From Candidatus Omnitrophota bacterium (lineage in GTDB: Bacteria; Omnitrophota; Gorgyraeia; Tantalellales; Tantalellaceae), in the NCBI GenBank assembly GCA_014728075.1, contig WJMG01000075.1, positions 4,262 through 68,261 of the forward strand: a stretch of DNA of 64,000 nt, in the 5' to 3' direction. The position numbers and the translations under genes are program-made. The notes below the pieces were generated by a model. It had not been told where the DNA came from, searched no databases, and saw nothing but the letters and a program-made list of their open reading frames with translations. The first letter of the stretch is position 1. Every line of letters starts with the position of its first letter. Positions 56,424-64,000 of the stretch are shown here, piece after piece.

Positions 56424-57055
56424 CCGCCGTTCCCGCTTGCAAGAAAATAAGCGAGTATTTCCAGTTCCCTGGAAAGATCAACATTATTAACCTTGATCTT
56501 CCCGGGCACATCAAGATTGACAGGCGCAAAGTTCAATATGCATTTTATACCGGAATCCACGAGCACATCAGCCGCTTTCTGGGCTTCTCCGGCGGGAACG
56601 GCGATTATGGCCATGGGTATACCGTTCTCCTTGACGGCTTCACGCAGTTTTGCGAAACTTTCAACTTTAACGCCTTTTACGGAAGCACCTACAAGATCTT
56701 CAGAAACATCAAAAGCGGAGACTATGTCTAGGCCCTGTTCAGTGAACCCTGAGTAGGAAAGAAGCGCTTCCCCCAGATGCCCGACCCCTACCAGAGCGAC
56801 CTTCCACCGCTTATCTTTTCCCACGATCCTCTCGAGGGCCTTCTTCAACTCCAGGACATTATATCCCGAACCGCTCACGCCGAACTGGCCGAAATATCCG
56901 AGGTCTTTCCTTACCTGAGCGTCGCTCAGGTTCGTTCTCTCACCAAGTTCCGAAGAAGAAACCGTTCTTATGTTGAATTCGGAAAGTTCGGTCACTTCCC
57001 TCAGGTATATGAAAAGACGCTTTACGGTCGTCTCGGGTATACGCTTGGTGGCCAT
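56414..57055 (-). CDS. rex: Redox-sensing transcriptional repressor
   Basis: IPETTVKRL..Y, QVRKDLGYFG, VGVGHLG, ILNFAP. Confidence 0.96.
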   Translation of the reverse strand: MATKRIPETTVKRLFIYLREVTELSEFNIRTVSSSELGERTNLSDAQVRKDLGYFGQFGVSGSGYNVLELKKALERIVGKDKRWKVALVGVGHLGEALLSYSGFTEQGLDIVSAFDVSEDLVGASVKGVKVESFAKLREAVKENGIPMAIIAVPAGEAQKAADVLVDSGIKCILNFAPVNLDVPGKIKVNNVDLSRELEILAYFLASGNGGWR

Positions 57056-57068
57056 CGATGCCTTCAGT

Positions 57069-57107
57069 TCGTTACTTTTTTCACAAAGTTCGTTCTTAAT
57101 TTCACAA
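57069..57107 (-). promoter_or_regulatory. Two tandem Rex operators
   Basis: Minus strand TTGTGAAATTAAGAACGA and TTGTGAAAAAAGTAACGA vs consensus TTGTGAA-N4-TTCACAA; downstream of TTGACT-N17-TATATT. Confidence 0.75.
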
Positions 57108-57228
57108 AGATGAATATATACCTTTTAATATAAAAAGTCAAGTATATCGCAGCGGGCGCGAGGAATGGGGCTAATCAGCTTTCAGACATCAGACATAAGC
57201 TGTCAGTCTCCGGCAGGCTGTGATGGGT

Positions 57229-57267
57229 GGGGACAGGTACCGCCTTGGCTGCGTACCCGGTACAAAG
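57229..57267 (+). repeat. Dispersed REP-like element (RAYT-flank family)
   Basis: GGGGACAGGTAC-N12-GTACCCGGTACAAAG. Confidence 0.8.
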
Positions 57268-57268
57268 A

Positions 57269-59101
57269 TCAAGTCCTTTTCCTTTTTCCCAGGAGTATAA
57301 TGTCCCTCAGGCCGGCCTCGTCCTCCGCATCCATCCATTTTTTCTCAAACGCGGGATCTTCCACTATCTGGGCAATGGCGGAGAGCGCCCTCAAATGAAA
57401 AGGCCTTTCGTCCCTGGACCCTGCGATAACGAAAACCGCGTTCACACCGCTGTGGGCTCCGGGAAAGAAAATACCCTGCCGGCACCTGGCGATAAAAAGC
57501 AGGAACTGGTGCTCGCCGTTAACTATTATATGCGGAATGGCCAGTCCGGGCTTGAGCACGGTACTTGCCTGCTCCTCCCTGTCAAGAAGAAGCCTGAAAA
57601 CCTCCGAGGGAGAACAGTCCAGGCGACTGGCTATCTCGACGGCTATATCCCGAAAAAAATCCTCGGCGGTCATTTTGTTCGGTATATCGACCACGACACA
57701 TTCCTCGACTATCCTGTCAAAACGGTCTTTTTCTATATTATCCCTCTCCCTTATAATATCCCTCAGTTCCGTTTCAAGCGAGATATCCATGAACTCCTTG
57801 GCCGCGACCCTTTCGATAAGGTGCAGAAAAGCGAAATCTTTTTTTCCTCTCTGTCTTCCGTAGAACCAGTAAACGCTTAGGCCCGCCGCGAAAAGAAAAG
57901 ACCCCAGTATGAGCGCCGCTTTGCCTATATTAACTACCAGAAGCCAGCAGCCGAAAACACCGGCTATCTGCAGCCAGGGATAAAAAGGCGCCCTGAATTT
58001 GGGCTGGTAATTACGCACACCGCTTTCCCTCATAACTATTACGCACAGGCAGGAAAATATAAAGGTGAAGATCAGGACCGTAGAGGCTACTTTCACCAGG
58101 AGATCGAGTTTAAGGAAAAGCGCGCTTGCCATAAGTATTCCGGTAAGAAGAATAGCCGCGAAAGGTGTGCTTGTCTTCCTGTTTATCTTACCGAAGGCTG
58201 GAGGAAGCAGCCTGTCCCGGCTTAAAGCCAGCGGATAGCGTGAAGCAGACATTATCCCGGCGTTGGCCGTTGATATAAAAGCCAGTATGGCGGCAAAACC
58301 CAGAGCGATCCTTCCCGGGTGGTTTAAAAAGGCTTCCGCGCCGTCGGAAATAGGCGTCAGCGACTTGTCAAGTTCCCCGGAATCCAGAACCCCGCTTGTA
58401 ACATAGACCACAAGAGCGTAAACCACCGTTATCAAAACAAGAGAAAGTATCATGCCTCTGGGCACCGTCTTTCCGGGATCCTGCACCTCTTCAGCTATGC
58501 TGGCTATCTTCAAAAGGCCTCCGTAGGATACGAACACGAAACCGGCCGCGGAAAAAACGGGCACCATGCCGTACGGCGCGAAGGGTCGCAGGTTCGCGTG
58601 ATCTACCGCGGGAAACCCTTTCACTACATAAAAGGACAGTATACCGAGAAGAAGCACCACTATCGCTACCTGCACGCGGCTGGCTTCTTTTACTCCTACA
58701 AGGTTCAACGCGACAAAAAGCACACAAAGGCCAAGAGCGATGTATTTGATATCCCAGGGAACCACGGCGGAGGTAAAGGCCGCCATCCCTATAAGGGCGA
58801 AAGAGCTTTTGAGAGTTATGGACATCCATGTCAAAAGACCGTTTATGGTGCCGAGGGCGGGGCCCATGCTCCGTGTAACATAAAAATAGGTCCCTCCCGC
58901 CCTGGGCATAGCGGAAGCCAGTTCAGCCTGGCTGAGCATACCTGTCATAGCCAGAAGTCCCGCGAGCAGATAAGACACTATAACGGCCGGTCCCGCCATC
59001 GCGTGCGCAAGACCGGGAAGTATGAAAAGGCCCGAGCTTATCATCGCGCCGGAAGCGATACAGAAAACATCCAGCAATTTCAGTTCTCTTTTGAGTTCCA
59101 T
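57269..59101 (-). CDS. APC family amino-acid permease fused to PTS EIIA-like domain
   Basis: GAMISSGLF, AEL..AMP.AGG.Y, AEEV.DP; C-terminal RE..ST..LAIPH. Confidence 0.88.
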   Translation of the reverse strand: MELKRELKLLDVFCIASGAMISSGLFILPGLAHAMAGPAVIVSYLLAGLLAMTGMLSQAELASAMPRAGGTYFYVTRSMGPALGTINGLLTWMSITLKSSFALIGMAAFTSAVVPWDIKYIALGLCVLFVALNLVGVKEASRVQVAIVVLLLGILSFYVVKGFPAVDHANLRPFAPYGMVPVFSAAGFVFVSYGGLLKIASIAEEVQDPGKTVPRGMILSLVLITVVYALVVYVTSGVLDSGELDKSLTPISDGAEAFLNHPGRIALGFAAILAFISTANAGIMSASRYPLALSRDRLLPPAFGKINRKTSTPFAAILLTGILMASALFLKLDLLVKVASTVLIFTFIFSCLCVIVMRESGVRNYQPKFRAPFYPWLQIAGVFGCWLLVVNIGKAALILGSFLFAAGLSVYWFYGRQRGKKDFAFLHLIERVAAKEFMDISLETELRDIIRERDNIEKDRFDRIVEECVVVDIPNKMTAEDFFRDIAVEIASRLDCSPSEVFRLLLDREEQASTVLKPGLAIPHIIVNGEHQFLLFIARCRQGIFFPGAHSGVNAVFVIAGSRDERPFHLRALSAIAQIVEDPAFEKKWMDAEDEAGLRDIILLGKRKRT

Positions 59102-59445
59102 GTCTTGAATCCTTCCGAATATTTTTAACGGCAAACATTAAGAAGATCTTAGCTGGAGGTCATAGCCGTTTGGAAAGCGTCAAAGTGTCATCCCTCGGCC
59201 TAACCTCGCTTGTGTCAAAGTGTCAAAGTAAAACCAGACGATAGAATCACATATTCAAGGCACAGTAGGCCTTTCGCCCTTCGCCTTTTGCCTTTCGCCC
59301 TTCGCCTCTCGCCTCGTCCCCCCGATCCTTACTGAATGTACTAAAATTATACCTTATTACTCCCAAATAACAAGCAAAGCTTCCGGAACGATAATCCTTT
59401 GCCAAAACCGGAATGTACTATATAATATTGCGAAAGGTATTTCCC

Positions 59446-60180
59446 ATGAATAAGCTAAAAGAACTTTCGGTATTTTTTCCCGCGTACAACGAGGAAGGCA
59501 ACATAAAGGATACGGTTTCAAAAGCCCTTTCCTTTCTGCCCGATATCTCGGAAACCTTCGAGGTCATTATTGTCAATGACGGCTCCATCGACGGTACGCC
59601 ACGCGTAGCCGGGGAGCTCGCGGCGGAATTCCCTCAGGTCAGACTGGTAAACCATGACCATAACAGGGGCTACGGAGCAGCTGTGCGAACGGGTTTTTCC
59701 GAATCCAGATACGGCTATATCTTTTTCACCGACGGGGACGGCCAGTTCGATATCCGTGAACTGCGGGATTTTCTCCCCCTTATATCCGAATGCGACATCG
59801 TAGCCGGATACAGGATCAGACGGAACGACCCTTTCTACCGCCTGATAAACGCGAAAGCGTACAACCTTCTGGTCCGCCTGCTCTTCGGGTTAAAAGTCCG
59901 TGATATAGACTGCGCCTTCAAGATAATAAGGAAAAAAGTAGTTGATTCCCTTGAACTCAAGAGCGAAAGCCAGTTCGTAAGCGCCGAGTTCCTGGTCAAA
60001 GCCCGAAAAAAAGGCTTCACCATAAAACAGAAAGGCGCTCACCACTTTCCCCGCAAGGAAGGGGCTCCCACGGGTAACAGCATATCTGCGATAGTGAATT
60101 CCTTCCGTGAACTTTTCGCTCTGCGGGGAGAGTTGTCGCGAAAGGAAAACAATGAAAATTCTCAGGGCTTACGAAAATAA
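59446..60180 (+). CDS. GT2 polyprenol-phosphate glycosyltransferase (ArnC/DPM1-like)
   Basis: FFPAYNEE, VNDGS.D, TDGDGQFD, DIDCAFK. Confidence 0.9.
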   Translation: MNKLKELSVFFPAYNEEGNIKDTVSKALSFLPDISETFEVIIVNDGSIDGTPRVAGELAAEFPQVRLVNHDHNRGYGAAVRTGFSESRYGYIFFTDGDGQFDIRELRDFLPLISECDIVAGYRIRRNDPFYRLINAKAYNLLVRLLFGLKVRDIDCAFKIIRKKVVDSLELKSESQFVSAEFLVKARKKGFTIKQKGAHHFPRKEGAPTGNSISAIVNSFRELFALRGELSRKENNENSQGLRK

Positions 60181-61531
60181 GATCTCGCCGGACATTCTGA
60201 TCATCCTCACGGTCTCTTCGATCGTTCTCTTATGGAACCTCGGAACCGGCAGCCTGTGCTCATGGGACGAAGGATTATACGGCGGGGTTACCCGTGAAAT
60301 AATACATACGGGTAACTGGATAGACCTTAGGTGGGCCGGGCAGCCCTGGAGCGATAAACCCCCTCTTTACATGTGGGTAACGGCTCTTTTCTCGAGGGTC
60401 CTAGGATTAAATGAGTTGTCCGTAAGGTTGTTTTCGGCGCTTGCCGGCGTAGGGACGGTTCTGCTCACTTACCTTACGGCTCTTAAGCTTTACTCCAGGA
60501 AAGAAGCCTTTTCCTCAGCCCTGGTCCTTCTTTCAACCTGGGCTTTCCTATGGTCCTCTAAAATGGGCATGCTTGACATTCCCATGACCTTTTTTATCGC
60601 GCTCGCGATATGCCTTTTCGAATACGGAAAAGACAACAGGCTATGCCTTTTCCTCTCCCCTCTGGCTTTTACGGGAGCCTTCCTGACCAAAGGTATGGGC
60701 GCCATGCTCATACCGCTGATACTGGGGCTTTATATCCTTATATCAGGCAGGATAAAAATCCTCAAAGACCCGGCTCTGATCTGCGGTACTATTACCGCTC
60801 TGGCGCTTTCGGCGATATGGCCTCTCGCGGCCGCGGGAGCTTACGGCAAAGAGTTTATCGATGACTATTTCCTAAAACATCTGGTCACCAGGACAACAAA
60901 AGCCGTTGAAGGCCACACGGGAGGGCTCTTCACCTATTTCGGCGTTCTGCCTAATAAGGGGCGGCCATGGGCAGGTATAGGCCTCGCCCTCTCTCCTCTG
61001 CTCATCTGGAGGACCATACGCTTCCGCGAAAAAGAGCACCTGCTTCCGCTCGTGTGGACCTTTACAGTGCTTCTTCTCTTCAGCGCGGTCCGCACCAAAC
61101 TGCACTGGTATGTGATGCCCGTCTACCCGGCGCTGGCGATCATCACCGGATGGGGCGCCGCAAAGCTCTTGAAAAGCCGCGTTTTCATAATGATGCCTCT
61201 TCTCTGCGCCCTTTCTCTTTTTTATCTTGCGACGGAAAAAAACATCTTTGATCTCGACTATTCCCCGGAGACAAAAATGTTCGCCGAAAGCGCTTTGAAC
61301 CTCGGGGAATGCGGCAAACCTCTCTATGCCTACAAGGTCAGCGATCCGGGGCTTCAGTTCTACCTGACCGGAAAAACGCTTCGCGTATACGATACCGAAA
61401 AGATAAAATTAACGATGAGATCCGGCAAGAATTATGTGGTCACGAACAGAAGAGAACTTAAACACCTGAAAGGCGAGCCTTACAGCATTGTACTCGAAGA
61501 GGATAACTTCGTGCTGATACGGAGTGAGTAG
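60152..61531 (+). CDS. GT83/GT39 (ArnT/PMT-like) membrane glycosyltransferase
   Basis: WDEGLY, DKPPL..W, RLFSA, LTKG, KL.WY.MP.YP. Confidence 0.88.
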   Translation: MKILRAYENKISPDILIILTVSSIVLLWNLGTGSLCSWDEGLYGGVTREIIHTGNWIDLRWAGQPWSDKPPLYMWVTALFSRVLGLNELSVRLFSALAGVGTVLLTYLTALKLYSRKEAFSSALVLLSTWAFLWSSKMGMLDIPMTFFIALAICLFEYGKDNRLCLFLSPLAFTGAFLTKGMGAMLIPLILGLYILISGRIKILKDPALICGTITALALSAIWPLAAAGAYGKEFIDDYFLKHLVTRTTKAVEGHTGGLFTYFGVLPNKGRPWAGIGLALSPLLIWRTIRFREKEHLLPLVWTFTVLLLFSAVRTKLHWYVMPVYPALAIITGWGAAKLLKSRVFIMMPLLCALSLFYLATEKNIFDLDYSPETKMFAESALNLGECGKPLYAYKVSDPGLQFYLTGKTLRVYDTEKIKLTMRSGKNYVVTNRRELKHLKGEPYSIVLEEDNFVLIRSE

Positions 61532-61551
61532 CCGGTTTACCGCCGCAACCG

Positions 61552-61588
61552 TTGTACCGGGTACGAAGGCAAGGCGGTACCTGTCCCC
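61552..61588 (-). repeat. Dispersed REP-like element (RAYT-flank family)
   Basis: Minus strand GGGGACAGGTAC-N12-GTACCCGGTACAA between convergent genes. Confidence 0.8.
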
Positions 61589-61606
61589 GCCCCTTCATCG
61601 TGATAT

Positions 61607-62593
61607 TCACATGAACCTGATCTTCTTTCCGGCACCCCGCTTGAGCGCCTTTCTGTAGATAAGGTCAGCTACAACTATATCCTGCACAGCCAGCCCGGTG
61701 GAATCAAATACGGTTATTTCTGTTTCTTTAAGCCTTCCTTTCTTTTTTCCTGATACTATCTCCCCTATATCAGCATATACATTTCTCCTTGTAATGCTCT
61801 TTCTCCGCAGCGGAACATTGATCTCCCCGCTATGGGAAGCCTGCTCCCATGAGTCCACCACAAGCCTCGAATGCTTAAGGATAGACGGCTCCAGCTCCTG
61901 TTTCCCCGGGGCGTCGGCGCCTATGGCGTTTATGTGAGCGCCTTCTTTAAGCCAGGAAAGCTTCACGATGGGCTTTCTGGCGGGTGTCGTCGTCACTATT
62001 ATATCGGCCCCTTTTACACATTCCCGAGGGGTCCCCGCAGGCAAAAGATCAACACCTCTTACCTTTACGCTGCTGCAGAAGTTTTCGGCCTCTTTGCCGG
62101 TTTTTCCCCAGACCCTCGCCTCCTTAATGACGCGAACCGCCGCAAGCGCTTCCAGCTGTGAACAAGCCTGTCTGCCGCATCCAACGAGAGCGACCGTCTC
62201 CGAGGCCTTTGCCGACATATATTCGGCAGCGACCCCGCCCGCGGCTCCCGTCCTCAGCGCGGTCGCGAGAGTAGCGTCCATAACCGCCAGGGGGAAACCA
62301 CTACGGGGGTCGCTCAATATCATGAGCCCCATGACCGTGGGGAGCCCCTTTCTCCTGTTCCCGGGATGCACATTGACCCACTTTATTCCGGCCCTATCCA
62401 CCGCTTCGTCATATACGGGCATGGCCCTCAGGTCTCCGTTGTGTTTTTTGAAGTACAGATAAACTTTAGGCGGCATCTGGACCTTTCCTCTTCCGTAATC
62501 CTTAAAACCCTTTTCCACTGCCTTTACGGCATCTTTTATAGAGACCAGTTTTTTTATCGTTTTCTGATCGATGATAAGAGTGTGTTTGTTCAT
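61607..62593 (-). CDS. Alanine dehydrogenase, ornithine cyclodeaminase/mu-crystallin type
   Basis: MPPKVY, GDLRAMP, KWVNVHP.N, RTGAAGG, IGADAPGKQE, FDSTGLA; next to alanine symporter. Confidence 0.8.
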   Translation of the reverse strand: MNKHTLIIDQKTIKKLVSIKDAVKAVEKGFKDYGRGKVQMPPKVYLYFKKHNGDLRAMPVYDEAVDRAGIKWVNVHPGNRRKGLPTVMGLMILSDPRSGFPLAVMDATLATALRTGAAGGVAAEYMSAKASETVALVGCGRQACSQLEALAAVRVIKEARVWGKTGKEAENFCSSVKVRGVDLLPAGTPRECVKGADIIVTTTPARKPIVKLSWLKEGAHINAIGADAPGKQELEPSILKHSRLVVDSWEQASHSGEINVPLRRKSITRRNVYADIGEIVSGKKKGRLKETEITVFDSTGLAVQDIVVADLIYRKALKRGAGKKIRFM

Positions 62594-62695
62594 AAGTGTC
62601 CCCGTTGCACAGATAAAGGCACAGGCAGAGATATAGATATTGGTTGCTCCAGGATACTGTTTCTTTACCTTTACCTATACCCGCACCTTAAATAA

Positions 62696-64000
62696 TTACT
62701 TCCCATGGATCTTCCGCGCTATCCTTAATCGCCTGTCGTAGTCCCTGACCATTTTTATCACCACCCCGCTCAGCCCCAGAAGCGCTACGAGGTTCGGAAA
62801 AGCCATAAAGGCATTGGCTATATCGGCCAGGTTCCAGATAAATTCCAGTTTAACTACAGCCCCCACCGGTATCAAAACACAATAAATCCATTTATAAGCT
62901 CTTACTGCTTTTTCCCCTAAGAGGTAATACACACACCTGTCCCCGTAATAAGACCAGGCGATGGTAGTGGAAAGCGCGAAAAAGACAAGTCCGAAACCTA
63001 CGACGATATCTCCTCCCACTCCTCCCATTGAATGATTGAAAGCGGACGCGGTAAGAGTGGCGCCGTTGAGGCCGGTCGACCATTTTCCTGATACGATTAT
63101 TACAAGAGCCGTAAGAGTACATATGACCAGCGTATCCACGAACGGTCCCAGCATGGCGACAAGGCCTTCGCGCACGGGTTCGTTCTCCCTGGCGGCCGCG
63201 TGAGCGATCGGCGCCGACCCCAGGCCCGCCTCGTTGGAAAAAAGACCGCGGGCTATGCCCATCCTCATCGTGTAAAGTACAGCCGACCCGGCAAATCCTC
63301 CGGCAGCGGCGGTAGGCGTGACGGCGTGACGGCATATCAGACAGAATGCCGGCGCTATCTTTTCGGCGTTGGCGATAAGGATATATAACGCACTTAAAAA
63401 ATACACACCGCACATCAACGGCACTATTACCTGTGTTACACCGGCTATTCTCCTTATACCGCCCACTATCACAAGCCACACGAGCACTGCCAGAACGACG
63501 CCAGTTATCGCGGGCGCAACGCCGGCGGAACTTTCCAGAACATCCGCGACCGAATTCGACTGTACCATATTGCCTATGAAAAGCGCCGTTACCATCCCGC
63601 AAAACGCGAATATAACGGCAAGCCACCTGGCGTTCATACCCTTTTCAAGATAATACATGGGACCCCCGGCTACTTTCCCGCGGGCGTCGAACTGCCTGTA
63701 TTTCAAGGAAAGAGCGCACGAAGCGAATTTGAGCCCCATACCGAAAAAGCCGGTTATCCACATCCAGAAGACGGCCCCGGGTCCTCCCAGGGCTACGGCA
63801 GTAGCTACTCCCGCTATGTTCCCGGTCCCTATGGTAGCTGATAAGGCTGTGCTGAGAGCCTGAAAATGCCTGATCTCTCCCTTGTGCCTGGGGTCTTCAA
63901 AGTGCCCCAGGGTAACCCTGACGGCGTGGAAGAATTCCCGGACCTGGATGAACCGGGAACGAAAAGAATAATATATTCCCGTACCGAGAAGCAGCGCCAT
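62696..64000 (-). CDS. Na+/alanine-glycine symporter (AGCS family); 5' end probably outside window
   Basis: ATIGTGNIAGVA, GGPGAVFWMW, GGPMYY, FSNEAGLGSA. Confidence 0.93.
   Translation of the reverse strand: MALLLGTGIYYSFRSRFIQVREFFHAVRVTLGHFEDPRHKGEIRHFQALSTALSATIGTGNIAGVATAVALGGPGAVFWMWITGFFGMGLKFASCALSLKYRQFDARGKVAGGPMYYLEKGMNARWLAVIFAFCGMVTALFIGNMVQSNSVADVLESSAGVAPAITGVVLAVLVWLVIVGGIRRIAGVTQVIVPLMCGVYFLSALYILIANAEKIAPAFCLICRHAVTPTAAAGGFAGSAVLYTMRMGIARGLFSNEAGLGSAPIAHAAARENEPVREGLVAMLGPFVDTLVICTLTALVIIVSGKWSTGLNGATLTASAFNHSMGGVGGDIVVGFGLVFFALSTTIAWSYYGDRCVYYLLGEKAVRAYKWIYCVLIPVGAVVKLEFIWNLADIANAFMAFPNLVALLGLSGVVIKMVRDYDRRLRIARKIHGK

Noticed and set aside
587-63863. Numerous long plus-strand ORFs (e.g. 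22851-23897, 29752-31095, 26372-27238, 36633-37460)
   Set aside because: Antisense shadows of well-supported minus-strand genes; no motifs or RBS
1-64000. tRNA, rRNA or prophage
   Set aside because: No cloverleaf, rRNA signature, integrase or phage structural gene recognised by eye; tRNAscan was not run

Overview
Bacterial chromosomal window (~50-55% GC, almost all genes on the minus strand) from an anaerobic diderm; gene content resembles Candidatus Omnitrophota (inference). Modules from left to right: (1) a ~11.4 kb oxidative-stress superoperon (rubredoxin, ferritin, FprA, desulfoferrodoxin, rubrerythrins, degraded glutaredoxin, TrxR, Ogg, CcdA/TlpA, MenA, polyprenyl synthase, NDH-2, DoxX, Rrf2); (2) an ArsR-MMPL-LolA-like-beta-barrel operon; (3) a TPP-riboswitch thiSEGHF operon; (4) idh-nfnAB; (5) a nitrogen-assimilation island (gltBD, two amtB-glnK pairs, putative porin, PII-like protein, alternative sigma factor, GAF-ANTAR protein, type III glutamine synthetase); (6) a REP-associated tyrosine transposase with flanking and dispersed repeats; (7) a Rex-headed hypFCDEAB plus group 3b [NiFe]-hydrogenase operon; (8) transport, glycosyltransferase and alanine-utilisation genes. 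The most striking signal is in the non-coding DNA of the nitrogen island. Five leaders carry ANTAR-type hexaloop hairpins overlapping intrinsic terminators, three of them with tandem terminators. Two amtB units share a non-sigma70 motif (GTTACC-N14-TTTACTTGTATTATC) right behind an ANTAR-gated sigma factor. Together these suggest an ANTAR-to-sigma feed-forward nitrogen cascade, with no NtrBC or GlnD in the window.
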